64,000 nt of DNA from Octopus vulgaris (taxonomy: Eukaryota). The stretch lies in assembly GCA_951406725.2 (NCBI GenBank), contig OX597832.1:17732001-17796000 (forward strand), written 5' to 3'. The position numbers were made by a program, and so were the translations under genes. Below are positions 29,562 to 44,494 of this stretch, one piece after another. The notes under the pieces were generated by a model that saw only the letters and a list, made by a program, of their open reading frames with translations, did not search any database and was not told where the DNA came from. Numbering within the stretch: position 1 is the first letter of the stretch; each line of letters opens with the position of its first letter.

Positions 29562-30244
29562 ATATATTTAGATGTACTGTATGTATACGTCTATATGTGC
29601 AAGTTTGGGCCTCTCTGTGTGTAAATGCGTAAGTGTAGATTAAAACATTGTCACATCAGAGCTACTTTAACAGTGAAATATTATTACAAAAATTAATGCC
29701 TAAATTAAACAAATAAATATAATTATTAAAAATTTAAAAAAACAACACAAAATGAATAAAATATAAAAATATAAATTCGACAATAACACGAAATATGATT
29801 TTAATGAAAAGTTCTCCATTTTCTTTGACGATCAAAGATTTTTCCGGTTAGGTCTTCGAGCCAAATACAAACATGGCGATATATGCGTATATGTAAGTAT
29901 GTGTATAAATGTGTGTGTAAGTGTATAATTGTTTTATTTTTATTTTATATTTCTGTATTTGTTTTTAGCATTTATATTCTATTTTTGCTGTTATTGTGTT
30001 GAATAAATTTTGGGTTTATTTGCCTTTATGATTATTCGCATATACACTCATAACAATACAGATTCAGACATACACGCTAGTACACACACACACACACACG
30101 CACACACAAACACACACATACACGCACATACTCACGGATGAACACACACACAACCACATACAAACACACTCACGCTTGTACTTAAGTAGATATATAGCGT
30201 AGAGATGTATACATACATAAATGCATACATACGACCGTACATAC

Positions 30245-30294
<50 letters not shown>

Positions 30295-30534
30295 GCATAG
30301 AGAAACACATACGTTTCCACATTCATGCGATCACAAATTACACATACATACACGCGAATGAAAACGTGTATACATATATGCATGATGTATACATATGTGT
30401 ATAAATGCATATTTCTATAAATATATATGTATGTTTAACTGTAGGTGTGAGTGTATGCTTTTGTGCATACATATAGAATTATACATACATACATACATAC
30501 ATGCATACATCTCACACACACGCGCGCACATAAA

Positions 30535-30586
<52 letters not shown>

Positions 30587-31260
30587 TATATAGATACGTA
30601 CAGGTACACGTATACGCATACACGTAATCATAAAGGCGTGTATGTTAATGCGTAGTGTATGTGCGTAGGCGAATGTGCGTATTTACGTACGGGGTGTGAT
30701 ATTCTCTTTGTTTTATTTTCCACGCTCGTGAGGTGTGCATAGTACATTCGCTAGTCAGCTCTTCATACCAGTTATGAAACGAATGACACGTGCCAAGCGA
30801 GAACCCCAAGGGTTAATGTGAGTCAAAACTGTAGACGTGACTTTATAGGAAATAGCAGAAAAGGGCAGTGGGCAAGCCCAGTCGAACTCCCGACACGTAA
30901 CTACGACATGATGAAGGTGGAAAAACATTGGCATGTTTATGTAATTATACGAATCATATATATATGAAGGCGTTACAGACATACATACACATAATACATA
31001 CATGCATACATGCATACGTGTATATATATATATATATATAAACACACAGATACGCGACATAGACATACATATATATGACATATACATACCTACGCACACA
31101 TATATATATATATATATATACCTACACATATATATATGTGTACTGCGACATCCTTTGTGTTCTGTTTTTTATTTCATTTGATACATATATATATATATAT
31201 ATATACATCCATCCATCCATACATACATACATATATATACATACATATCCATTCATCCAT

Positions 31261-31314
<54 letters not shown>

Positions 31315-31875
31315 ATTCATCCATCCATACATACATAAATACATATATATATATATATATATATCGCAATTTAAGAAAATAGAGGAGAACAATAGGTGTT
31401 TCATCAACTTTTGGACATTAAAATGTTAACTTATTTGTTTATTAAACTGATAATTATAATAACGTGCGTACATATAGCAAATTATTCTTTACATATAATA
31501 TATAAGATTTAATATATAGTAATATATAAGGATACCAGTAATTATTATTGAAAAAACATGTATATAAATTGGTAGCATTTATAGATACATATGTATATAT
31601 ATGAACATATACAGATACATATAAATATATTGTATATTTATATATGTATAATTATATGTAAAATTAATATATTATACAAATTTTCTAATCCTTTTCAAGC
31701 TGATTCATTCACGTTTCGGTACAGACTTATGTTTCAGATATTCTTCCGGGATAGTATTGTCCTAGAACTGCACGCACTGCATGGCCCTCTGTTTCTGAGC
31801 CATCTCTGTATTCATGTCACAAAAAATTTGTGTTCAATTATATAAACGCTCACTGAATATTTCGATCTTATATAC

Positions 31876-31951
<76 letters not shown>

Positions 31952-32060
31952 ATATATGTGTGTGCATATATATATACCTATCTATATATTATCTATCTAT
32001 GTATGTATATATATATATATATATATTCATATAATTATATATATGAGTATAGATATGTAT

Positions 32061-32092
<32 letters not shown>

Positions 32093-32524
32093 ATAATTGA
32101 TGAAGGAAACGGAAGATAAATTTAGCACCAGTTTTTATTCAGTGGAAAGTTTGTTTTAACCCGTCCTTCAACTGTCCAATAAGGGTAGAATCTTTTCCAT
32201 CTAATTGTTTTGTATCAATCTGTGCAATTTGTGTCACATCAGGTACATGCCCAACGAGGGGCATGTCCTGCTAGATATGTCACGTTATCTTAGGCACGTT
32301 GATTTTGTCCGCTGTATTTTTGGATAGGACAACTCAGTATATCTAGCGGGACATCCCCCTCTTCATGTATGTGCCTGACGTCACACAACGTGCACAGATT
32401 GATGTCATACAGCCAGATGCACAAGATCCTATTCGTAATGGACAGCTGCAGGATGGTTCGAATCGATCGTCGTACTCAATAAAAATTAGTGCTATATCCA
32501 TCTTCTGTTTCCTTCATCAATTAT
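32093..32524. mobile_element. Fold-back/palindromic MITE-like element (~200-bp imperfect arms)
   Basis: Termini ataattgatgaaggaaacggaagat / atcttctgtttccttcatcaattat; inner arms atcaatctgtgca...atgtcctgctagatat / atatctagcgggacat...tgcacagattgat. Confidence 0.85.
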
Positions 32525-32673
32525 TACTTCAACTAATCCTGCGGAATACCTCAAGTAGATCCTCACGCAATATATCCCAGCTGTGGATGACACCAGGTAG
32601 CCCAAACTGTGAACGTGCTTTTCTCAACCCACAAATTGACATTTTCTCATTAGTCACGAAAATTACACTGTTG

Positions 32674-32888
32674 CTCTTTTTACTCTATTATTTGTTTCAG
32701 ACATTTGACGGCGGTCATACTTGAGCACCGCTTTTAGTCTAACAAATCGATAAGTACTATGCCTGTAAGTCTGGTACTTATCCTTTCGGTTTTATGCCGA
32801 ACCGCTAAGTTACGAGAACGTAAACACACAAGCATCAGTTGTCAAGTGAGTTTGCAGGAACAAACACAGACACACAGACATACACACA

Positions 32889-32948
<60 letters not shown>

Positions 32949-33120
32949 TATATGTATATGAGGGGCTGTTTTTAGTTTCCGTCTCCCAAATCCACTCACA
33001 AGTCTTTGCTTATCCGGAGATTATAGTAGAAGACACTTGCCGAAGTTACCAAGCAGTGGGACTGAACTCGGAACCATGAGGTTGGTAAACAAGCTACTTA
33101 CCACACAGCCACCCCTGCAC
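32674..33120 (-). mobile_element. Family B SINE, full length
   Basis: Tail tgtttcagacatttgac, body ccgaaccgctaagttacg, (CA)n, agtagaagacacttgcc, head aagctacttaccacacagcc. Confidence 0.88.
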
Positions 33121-33204
33121 ACATCTAAATTATACATATCTATATTATCTATGCGTTTGTGTGTGTGTAGATGTACGTACATATTCGCATACGCGCAGAC
33201 ACAC

Positions 33205-33805
33205 ATATTTTGTCATTTATTGGACTCGGACGTTGCGTGGACACAGTTTTGAAAGGTTTTAGTCGAATAAAGTACTAGTTTTTATTTAAACCCGGTACGT
33301 ATTTGGATGCCTCTTGAAGAACAATTCGTATACAGTGTCATAAATAAACCAATACCGGTTGTCAAGCGGTGTGGCAGGTAAAAAGAGAGACCCAATAACA
33401 CACAGAGAAATTGATGAAAGAAAATCTGGTAAACACAGATCGACAACTTTCCACTTCTTACGTATGTAATGTTCTGTAGGTATGGAAGTACACACACACA
33501 CACCAACACATACATACACACACACACACCAACAAACACACACACGCACACACATACGCGCAATATATTCATGTACAGATATATGCTCAACATAAAATAC
33601 AATATTACATTTAATTTTCCATTAGTTTATTTTCATATTTTCGCATGATTCGCTTGACAGTGCATTTCAGATTTAATGTTTTGTTGTTTCATTTTTTCAG
33701 TCATTTGACAGCGGCCATGCTGGAACATCACATTGAAGGGTTTTAGTTGCACAAATCGAGCCAGAACTTATTTCCCAAGCCTAGTGCTTATTCTATCGGT
33801 CTTCA
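33205..33805 (-). mobile_element. Two degenerate family B SINE 3' fragments (~33205-33450, ~33690-33805)
   Basis: ttgaaaggttttagtcgaat...ccggttgtcaagcggtg and tttcagtcatttgacagcggccatgctggaac. Confidence 0.6.
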
Positions 33806-35167
33806 GAATTGCTGGCCTTGTATAAAATTTTGACACAAATATGACTTAATATAAATGTTTACTGCATAGTAAAATTTTGGTATGCCAGTCTATCCGAAAC
33901 GCACATAAGCTGGGTAGAGAATGTATAATTCTCCATTCGTTTGTGTTTTTGTTTCATATTTCTCGACATTGTATATGATTCCTATTGTGATTGAAATACA
34001 GATTTACATATTGGACAGACAAAGGTAAGTGGCCTTGTTTCCGATACAAATGGAACTAACATAATGCGTGACATAACTTTAAAGTTTCTTTTAATGTACG
34101 TGGAGGAGGGGTAAGAATATACTATGTACATTCTTCTTTGCGCCTAACACAGTCTTCTTATGAATTTACTTACCATTTTATCCACTTTAAGTCATCTCTC
34201 AACGCACTGTGCTCGTGAGCAACACAAGTACGAGTATTTTGCTGTCATTACTTGTCTGTGTTATTATGGTTTGAAACAGTTTGGTCTCAGTGATGTTTAA
34301 TTCCTCTCGATACAAAACACAGGGACAAATTATTTCATATTCAAAGAATAGAAACAAAACAGGTTATAAACGTATGCAAGATCTCCATTGAATAACACCA
34401 TGTTGTTTCACCCGATGCTATTCTAGGAAAAACATTGTCCAATGTGCCGCAGTGAGACTAAACCCAGAACCTTGTTGCAGGGAAGTAAACTTATCAAATT
34501 TTAGGTATATTCTTCTTTTCTTACTCAGCTAATTGTTTTTCTTACATATTAGTTATCTAATAGATATTTTCAAAGATTTTTTTTCAACTACATAGCTAGG
34601 TCATGGAACCATAAATCAAAAACGAATAAAATACATCAAAACTAAACAGACGCAGAGATTTGCATTACGATTTAGGACCTAGGAAGAAGAATGTATCTAT
34701 ATCCAGGACAGACGTGCTTTATCTCAAAGACGGATATGAGGAAATATTTGTTAATTTGCACCAGAGATTTAAATTTGTTAATGTGACGTATGGATTCGGA
34801 ACCCAAGTAGAAAAACCACAGTGGAAGTGAATCGATATAGCCGCAGTGCAATGATTGAAACAAGTGTAAGAAGAAAAAAGTAAATGATATTCGTCACAAG
34901 GCATTTGGCTTACTGGATATATTCTATGATGGATATAAGATATTCGTCACTAGAATATATATAGTAAGCAAAATCCTTTAGTTTCAGTCGCTGAATGTGG
35001 CAGGAACACAAAAACTGGCATTGTAGATGCGTTCATATATGTTATATTAATTATAACTTCTTGCTATGCTATATATGTCTCTATCTGTCTGTCTGTCTCT
35101 CTTTATATATACATATATATATATATATGTGCGTTTGTGTGTGTGTATTTGAGTGTATGTGAATGTA

Positions 35168-35215
<48 letters not shown>

Positions 35216-35935
35216 TATTATTAGAGACAAAACCACTATTTTGCAAAACAAACAAGGAAAGACTTAATCAATAAATAAAATTTTAATAAATAGTCAAAAA
35301 ATCCTAAATCTGATTTTTTTCCCTGTAAATTTGGATTTATTCCCTAATATTTATTATTATATATATATATATATATATAAATATATATCTGCATACACAT
35401 ATACATACACACACATATATATATATAGGCATACATAAATACATAGTGAACCATACACGTTTAAGTTCATAAATAGATACATACGCACGTATTTTGTTAG
35501 CTATCTCTCTATTTCGATATATAAACACACAGACAGAAACACACAAATAAGCAAACACACACACACTCACAAACACAAAATAACACACACACATACACAC
35601 ATACAGACACATCAATACATACATACGTGTGTGCATATATATATATTTTTTCTCTATACATTCTTCTACATCTCTAACATATATGGCTTTCAACGTAATG
35701 CTATTGCAATGAAAATATTTTTCAGTTTTGAACACACTACGAAACACATTCGCTTACGCAATCGAGATATTATCTCACACGATGTCTACTGAATGGAATT
35801 TCAAACACTCTCTATATATACACACGCACACTGATACATACATGCATTCTTACATACATACATACAAACACACACACACACAAACCTATATATGTATATA
35901 TAAATATATATATATACATATATACAAACATATAC

Positions 35936-35974
<39 letters not shown>

Positions 35975-36056
35975 TACATATATATATGTACATATATACA
36001 CACACACATATATATTTATAGATATATATAGATATATATATATAAATATATATGTG

Positions 36057-36096
<40 letters not shown>

Positions 36097-36478
36097 CAAG
36101 ATATATAGACATGCACTAAGATACGTGTAACTGTATTCCATCTTCAGACAATTCGAGCAGGCGGAATAAAGAGAGATCTAATGTTCATGGAGGTGTAAGG
36201 AGCAAGCGTACCCACCTCTTCTGTAAAAGAGCAGAGGTGATGGGAGGATCGAAGCAAGAAATCTGAGGAAGTTTCAATCAGCAATGCTGCATTCCTTTAC
36301 ACAAATGTGGTAAAAAATCATCTTATATTTAAACATGACACACATACCTTGACACACACAGAAATGCACACTCACACACACAAACACACACACACATACA
36401 TATATACATAAATACGTGTACATGGATGTAAGCATATATATATATACATATATTCGCATTTATATTATATATTTATTT

Positions 36479-36511
<33 letters not shown>

Positions 36512-36625
36512 CACACACACATGCATACAAATATATATAGATGTATATGCATATATGTATATATATGCATATGCATAAAATATATACATATATATAAAAT
36601 ACATATACACACACATATATGTATG

Positions 36626-36673
<48 letters not shown>

Positions 36674-37120
36674 TAAATGGGAGCATGTGAGTTTTTAATA
36701 ATTTTCCTTACCATGCATGCGACTCGAGTTCCAATCCCACTACGTGTCATTTTTGCATTTATGCATTTTCGGTTATACTTCATTGAAAGCAGTATTTGTA
36801 ACGGAAATTTGGCAGAGAAAAGTATTTATGGAATCCCACCGGGCTAAAAAAAAATCTACCTGTAAAGAATTTTGTTGTCCTATATCGGTGTTGAGTTCTA
36901 TTTAAAGATATACTCATCCATAGTCAATCCCTTACTGTATACATGATTTTTGAACCGGGGAATTCAACATCGAATACGACGGATACAGAGTCACACGGTT
37001 ACAAGTATACACGCAGACAGAAGCATAAGTATACATACACACATACATAACAATCTACCTACCTACCTACCTACCTACCTACATACATACATATATACAT
37101 ACATACACACACACACACAT

Positions 37121-37151
<31 letters not shown>

Positions 37152-37315
37152 CATATATATAGAGATATATACATATATATATATATATCCGTGTGCATAA
37201 ATAGATATATCGATATCTGGATACCCAGGTACTTCTATAAGTAAATATAGATAAAATATACCTATGCATGTATGTATGCACATTTATATGCGTATATGTA
37301 CGTATATATATATAT

Positions 37316-37378
<63 letters not shown>

Positions 37379-37477
37379 TATATACATATATAAAAATATA
37401 TATATATAGAGAGAGAGAGAGATGGAGAGAGAGCGGGATAGATAGATAGAGAGAGAGAGATAGATAGAGAGAGAGAG

Positions 37478-37530
<53 letters not shown>

Positions 37531-37944
37531 TGTATGTATGAATGTCTTTGTGTGTTCACATGGAAAGGCATATTGCTGGTAAAGTGAAACAAGAAACGGA
37601 CTAAAAGAAAGAGCAACTACAAAGATAGTACAGAATCCTAACTTGTCAAAAAAAAAATTGTGGAAATATGAAAATATGCAATCAGCCAACAAACATATCA
37701 CATGATATATGTCGTGTGATAAACGAAGTACAAGAAGGAAGGAAATAAGAAAGGAAAGAAGAAAAAAGACAGGAGGCTGCTTGTGAAATACTATGAATAA
37801 CAATAAAACCAACACATGTATGATATATATATGTCTGTATATGTGTGCGTCTCTATAGTCTGCATGTGTGTTTCTACGTATATGTGTGTGTTTGTATAAA
37901 TATATGCATATGCATTTAGGCAGATCTGTCTATATATATATACG

Positions 37945-38010
<66 letters not shown>

Positions 38011-38645
38011 TATATATATGATATATATATGCATGAGTATATGATATTTGTGTATATGAAATTATATGCGTGTATATGAAATTATATGCGTATATATTTG
38101 TATATATGTGTAGGGGTGTGTGTAGATCTATGTATAACAACTGTAAAAGTGATATATTTCAGGTAAAACTTAAAACACGAAACAAAGGACAGAAAAAAAA
38201 TATATATGTAAATAATTTTTTTTTTAAATATTGAGAACACCATAACAAAAACACACATACACACACAAAAAAAAATCACACGATAAGAAACAAAACAAAA
38301 CAAACATAAACCCCATTTCCATCGAAACAAAAATATACATAAATGAAGAAAAAAAAAACCAAAAGAAAAATAAATAAATAACTATATAAATAACTGAAAA
38401 TGGTAAATAGCACTCATAGAGGAAACTCTTTTGACAGAATTTTGCAATTGTGAAAAGACTGTGTAACTTCGCCTGTCATTTGGCAGAAATTTTTCTGAAA
38501 TCTTGTTCCTTGTAAAGGCGACGTTTCCATGACAGCACCTCCTATTTTTAAAATAAATAAGAAACAAAACTAGAAAAAAAAAATAGACATGTGTTTGCTC
38601 ATATTCCCCCCACTCTGTCTCTTCCTCTTTACTTCAGTATATACA

Positions 38646-38735
<90 letters not shown>

Positions 38736-38809
38736 GGATACATATATATATGCATAGATATATACATAAATATATAGATATGAATGCATATATGTATGTA
38801 CGTATATAT

Positions 38810-38875
<66 letters not shown>

Positions 38876-39182
38876 ATATACATGCGCCACTGTGCGTGGT
38901 TCTATGAGAGAAATTACATTTTTTAAAAATTTATTTTTAATTTTTTTATCGTTATATTTTTATTTTTTGCATAGCTTATCAAAAGACATGGGTGTGTTAT
39001 GGCCATGAACGGCCCTGGGGCACGTATGTTTTGGGTGGATCTATATACATATACATCCACATATATACATAAACACACACACATATATATAAATATATAT
39101 ATATGTATATATACACATATATATCTCTATATATTTGTATATATATATATATGTATGCATATATACATGTATACAAACATAC

Positions 39183-39254
<72 letters not shown>

Positions 39255-39782
39255 GGGTGTATTTTAGTGAAAGTACTAGACACATAAAAATATAAAGACA
39301 GTATATATAAGAGAAGAGAGAGAGAGAGAGAGGGAAATGCTGCGTGTGTCTGAGAAAGATGGAAAGGAAGAGAGAGAGAGATAGAGAGAGAGAGATGAAG
39401 AGAGGGACCGAGAGAAAGAGTAGAAAAAAGCGTGAATGATGCAAGTTTTGTGTGTGGTCGTGTGTAATGGTGCGAGTGTGTCAGTGTGTGAGAAAGAGGA
39501 AGAGAGAGGAAGAGAGAGAGAGAGAGGAAGAGAGAAGACTGGTGATATGGGTGTGAATGGGATGTATAGTATAATGTTGTATTATTTGAAGTGGCATGAT
39601 ATAGTGTAGATGTGTGTGTGTGTGTGTGTGTAGTGTATTCAATGTAGACGTGACGATGGTGGCTGTGGTGGTGGTGGTGGAATGTGGATTTCGACATGAA
39701 AGTATATAATATGTATTGAAAATAGTTGAAAGATGGAATATGTTTGAAATAATAGACTCATGATAATGACGGTGGTGCTCAA

Positions 39783-39813
<31 letters not shown>

Positions 39814-39999
39814 ATGATGATAATGATGATGATGGTGATGATATAAATCATGGCCATGATGACGATGATAATAATTTGCCAAAAGGACTAACATTAAGAA
39901 TAATATTAACAACGAGAAAAATAATAATAATAATGGGAAATATTAATAATAATAATAATAATAAAAATAATAATAATAATAATGATGATGATGATGATG

Positions 40000-40030
<31 letters not shown>

Positions 40031-40147
40031 TAATAACAACAACAATATTAATAATGATAATAATAATGATGATGATGATGATGATAATAATAATAATAAT
40101 ATAAATAATGATAATAAAATAATGATCACAACAGCAAGGATAATGAT

Positions 40148-40211
<64 letters not shown>

Positions 40212-41690
40212 TGGTTTATGACATGAAAAACAAATATAATTAAAATTATATATATAGTGAGATAAATAGATGCATACATGCATATCTACATATATAAATA
40301 CATATATACATATAATAATGTATTATATATATTTATATATACATGCAAAAAATGTTTACACGCGCATAAATCTAGTTAAGTGTATCCACATACATAAATA
40401 TATAGGTATGGCTAACTATAAATATGCACATATCTATGTCTATATTATAGATATACCCCTTGTGTAATAGTACGGGTCTATTTCCGTGTGTATGTGAGTC
40501 TATGAACCTGTCAAATGATATGATAACGTAATGTATAGCGCATTTAAAAAGTATAAATTAAATTTGAAATTATCCCCAAAATGCAATTTGTATGTATGTA
40601 TATATTTATGTCTTTTTTTGTGTATATGATTGTGTGCGCATGTGTGTGTATACGTACACATACTTACGATGGTGATATCTTGTACTCCGAGAAACGCGGT
40701 TCTGCAATATCATGTGGAACAACCTGCTAACATTACTTTATTTATTCAGATTACCTCATCCACTTCGATGTTACCTGAATGGGTGCATAATGTACCACAC
40801 GCCATTTACCGAAGCCATTGCATAAAATAATAAAAACGTATATAATTATATACGTTTTAATTATTTTTTTGCAATTTACTTAATCATCGATATTTTATTG
40901 TTATTTTAATTTTAATATTTCTATTATATGTAGTTTTCTAGATGGTGTAATTTAATTGTTCATTTTGAATTGATAAAAGGTAGTTCTTTCTAATGTTTAT
41001 ATAAATATATTATATTGTTTGAAATTTGATTTAGTATTTCTAAATTGAATTTTTTCCCTGTAAGTTAGGATTAATATTCCCTCAAATAATTATATATATA
41101 TATATATAACGATTTCTTTTACAGGTAATAGTACAGCAAACTTGATGACAGATACTTTATTCCATCTACCCATGAAAAGGGACGAAAAGCAAAATTTACT
41201 TCGGTCGGCAGAGTTCGAACTGACAGATTTAAAATTCCATAACTAAAATCAGTACCTTATTTTATCCGACGGTTCTATGATTCTGTCAATGTGTTCACTA
41301 AATATTTCTAAGTTAAGTGCAAAGCCAGCAACATAAGGATATCATGATTAGTCGATCAAATTAACATCATTGATTAATTTTTGCTTTAATGTATACAGCC
41401 AAGGTGGATGAAGAGCGATGTTGATTTGGCCTGATTTGAACACAGGAGGCTAAGATGCGGAACAAATACACCAAAACATTTTTAGCGACCCTCTAAGTAT
41501 TCTGCCAATCAACCGCCAAATTAGTAATTAATAACAAAAGCCACAACAAAAATAGTGTTCTTGCCAAGGGTTTTTCGCATGCTTGAATTCATCTGCTGGA
41601 AGTGATGTTTGAATTTCTCTCGAATTGTACACAGTCTTTTAACGGTATGGTCACGACCGAAATACTGTTATATATATATATATATATATA

Positions 41691-41852
41691 CGCAAGAATG
41701 CCTGTGTGGTGAGTAGCTTGCTTACCAACCACATAGTTCTGGTTTAAGGCCCACTGTGTGGCACGTTGGACAAGTGTCTTCTCCTATAGCCTTGGTCCGA
41801 CCAAAGCCTTGTGAGTGGATTTGGTACATGGAACTGAAAGAAGCATGTCGTA

Positions 41853-41897
<45 letters not shown>

Positions 41898-42114
41898 GTG
41901 TGTGTGCTTGTGTGTCTGTGTTTGTCTCTCTAGCATTGCTTGACAACCGATGCTGGTGTGTTTACATCTCTGTCACTTAGCGGTTCGGCAAAAGAAACCG
42001 ATAGAATAAGTACCAGGCTTACAAAGAATAAGTCCCGGGGTCGATTTGCTCGACTAAAGGCGTTGCTCCAGCATGGCCTCAGTCAAGTGACTGAAACAAG
42101 TAAAAGAGTAAAAG

Positions 42115-42115
<1 letters not shown>
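41691..42115 (+). mobile_element. Family B (CORE-like) SINE, full length
   Basis: gtgtggtgagtagcttgcttaccaaccac...ttggacaagtgtcttc...ttgacaaccgatgctggtgtgtttac...tgactgaaacaagtaaaagagtaaaaga, inserted in (TA)n. Confidence 0.92.
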
Positions 42116-42165
<50 letters not shown>

Positions 42166-42846
42166 ATTGGGAAACTTGAATCTAATCAACAACGAAGGCT
42201 CGTTCATTAACCCAAACAGTAACAAGAAGAGCGTCAGTATCAACTACGACAAAAATGAGAGGCGAAAATTTCGTTTGATTAGCTATAAAAAAAGCATATC
42301 TCTCCCTTTATCTCTCTCGCTCTTCCTTATTTTGCCCGTCTTTCTTTCTGTCTATCAGTCTGTCTGTCTCTCCTTCTCTCCCCGAACTTGACTCTGGACT
42401 AATCAAAAATAACAACAAACAACATTAAACAACATTACAACAACAATAGCAGAAACATGCGTAATAACAACATCAATATTTTAAACTGGAAAATCTGCTT
42501 CAGACGTTTTTTAGCGATTTGTTTTTTGTTTTTTTTTAAATTTTGTTTTATGTTATTTTATTTTGTCTGCTTGTTTAATTATTGTTGTTTTTTTGTTTTT
42601 GCTACGTCCAAAACTAAGTTTAGATCTTCATCTGGTCAGGTATTCATTAATTAAACAGGTAATGGACGTTTATTTATTGTTATGCACCAACAACTTATGT
42701 TTGCACCGACAGGACCGCGCTTACCGAAACAGAAATAGCCGCACGTATAAATTTAGAGGCAGAAACAGTAGCAGCGGAGGGGTGCTCTTGTTGATGTTGT
42801 TTACAAGAATATCATCAACAACGACAAATATCAGCATCAACAAAAG

Positions 42847-43228
42847 TGGAGGCACAATGGCCCAATGGTTATGGCAGCGGACTCGCGGTTGGAGGATCGC
42901 GGTTTCGATTCCCAGACCAGGCATTCTGTGTGTTTATTGAGCGAAAACATCTAAAGCTCCACGAGGCTCCGGAAGTGGGTGATGTTGACCCCTGTTGTAC
43001 TCTTTCACTCCAACTTTCTCTCATTCTTTCTTCCTGTTTCTTGTCTCCCGACTTCCTACGCAACCGCTGCGCTTGGATGCGCATTCATCCATCCGTCGAT
43101 GCTCTCGGTGTCGGGGGTTAACCTGCTTTCTCTTCTGTGGGTCTTACGAATAGCAAAGGACCACGTTTCGGACTTCTCCCATCTTGCGAGCTCTGGGAAG
43201 TAGACAGTTCGCTCAACAACAACAACAG
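42847..43228 (+). mobile_element. Family C SINE with another distinct tail and (CAA)n end
   Basis: Family C head/body then tcttgtctcccgacttcctacgcaacc...gtagacagttcgct(caa)n. TSD cagcatcaacaaaag (42832-42846) / cagcatcaacaacag (43229-43243). Confidence 0.88.
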
Positions 43229-43723
43229 CAGCATCAACAACAGGAACAATACAGCGACACAAAAAATAATAATAAAAACAATTACAAGAGCAAAAGCAAC
43301 AATATAAGAACAATAAGAATAAAGACATCAACAACGACGATGATGATGACGATGATGATGATGACGACAATACTGGCAGCTTCTGCATCGGCAGCATCAG
43401 CAGAAAGCAAAGAGGAAGAAGAGCAAAAACAAGGAAAATTACAAGAAAATCAAATGGAACAACACTAAGCACGAGAACAAGTGTGAGATCCACATCAACA
43501 ACAAGACTTAAAACAACAACGAGAAAACAACAAAAGAAAAAAATGAAAAAAAATAATAAAAACCAAACGACAACAATAGCAATTACAACAATAATGACGA
43601 CAGATACAACAGCAGCAGTAGCAGCTATGCATCGATGACAAAAATAAAAAAAAAAGAACAAAAACACTATAACTGCAATGAAAACAACTGTAATCATAGC
43701 AACGAGAGCAACAGCAACACGGG

Positions 43724-44028
43724 TGGAGGCGCAATGGCCCAGTGGTTAGGGCAGCGGACTCGCGGGCGTCAGAACGCGGTTTCGATTCCCAGACCAGGCA
43801 TTGTGAGTGTTTATTGAGCAAAAACACCTAAGTTCCACAAGGGTCTCGCGGTGGGGGGATTGTAGAGGGCGTGAAGTCGATTAGATCGAACCCAGTGCTT
43901 AACTGGTACTTATTTTTATCGATCCCTTGGGAATAAAAGACAAAGTTGACTCTGGCGGAATTTGAACTCAGAACATAAAGACGGGCAAAATACCCGGCCT
44001 GCTAACGATTCTGCCAGCTCACAGACTT
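43724..44028. mobile_element. Family C SINE head (+, 43724-43832) fused to a family A SINE (-, ~43834-44028)
   Basis: tggaggcgcaatggcccagtggttagggcagcgg...aaaacacctaag, then cccagtgcttaactggtactt...ggcggaatttgaactcagaac. Confidence 0.8.
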
Positions 44029-44063
44029 AATCTACTGAATGATATTAATTATTTACCGGAATG

Positions 44064-44454
44064 GGGAGGCGCAATGGCCCAGTGGTTAGGGCAGCGGACT
44101 CGCGCTCGTAGGATCGCGGTTTCGATTCCCAGACCGGGCGTTGTGAGTGTTTATTGAGCGAAAACACCTAAAGCTCCACGAGGCTCCGGCAGGATGGTGG
44201 TGATCCCTGCTGTACTCTTTCACCACAACTTTCTCTCACTCTTACTTCCTGTTTCTGTTGTACCTGTATTTCAAAGGGCCGGCCTTGTCACTCTCTGTGT
44301 CACGCTGAATATCCCCGAGAACTACGTTAAGGGTACACGTGTCTGTGGAGTGCTCAGCCACTTACACGTTAATTTCACGAGCAGGCTGTTCCGTTGATTC
44401 GGATCAACCGGAACCCTCGTCGTCGGAACCGACGGAGTGCTTCCATTCCATTCC
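44064..44454 (+). mobile_element. Family C SINE, full length and young (tRNA-Arg-like head, (TTCCA)n tail)
   Basis: A box tggcccagtggttag, B-box-like gtttcgattccc, tail ttccattccattcc. Perfect 12-bp TSD atttaccggaat at 44051-44062 and 44455-44466. Confidence 0.93.
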
Positions 44455-44494
44455 ATTTACCGGAATAGAGGAACAGGCCAAGGACACATTATAA

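Noticed and set aside
44064-44140. tRNA-Arg-like sequence (also tRNA-like heads at 27955, 42847 and 43724)
   Set aside because: SINE heads: A/B boxes are present but there is no proper acceptor stem, and they continue into SINE bodies, most with TSDs.
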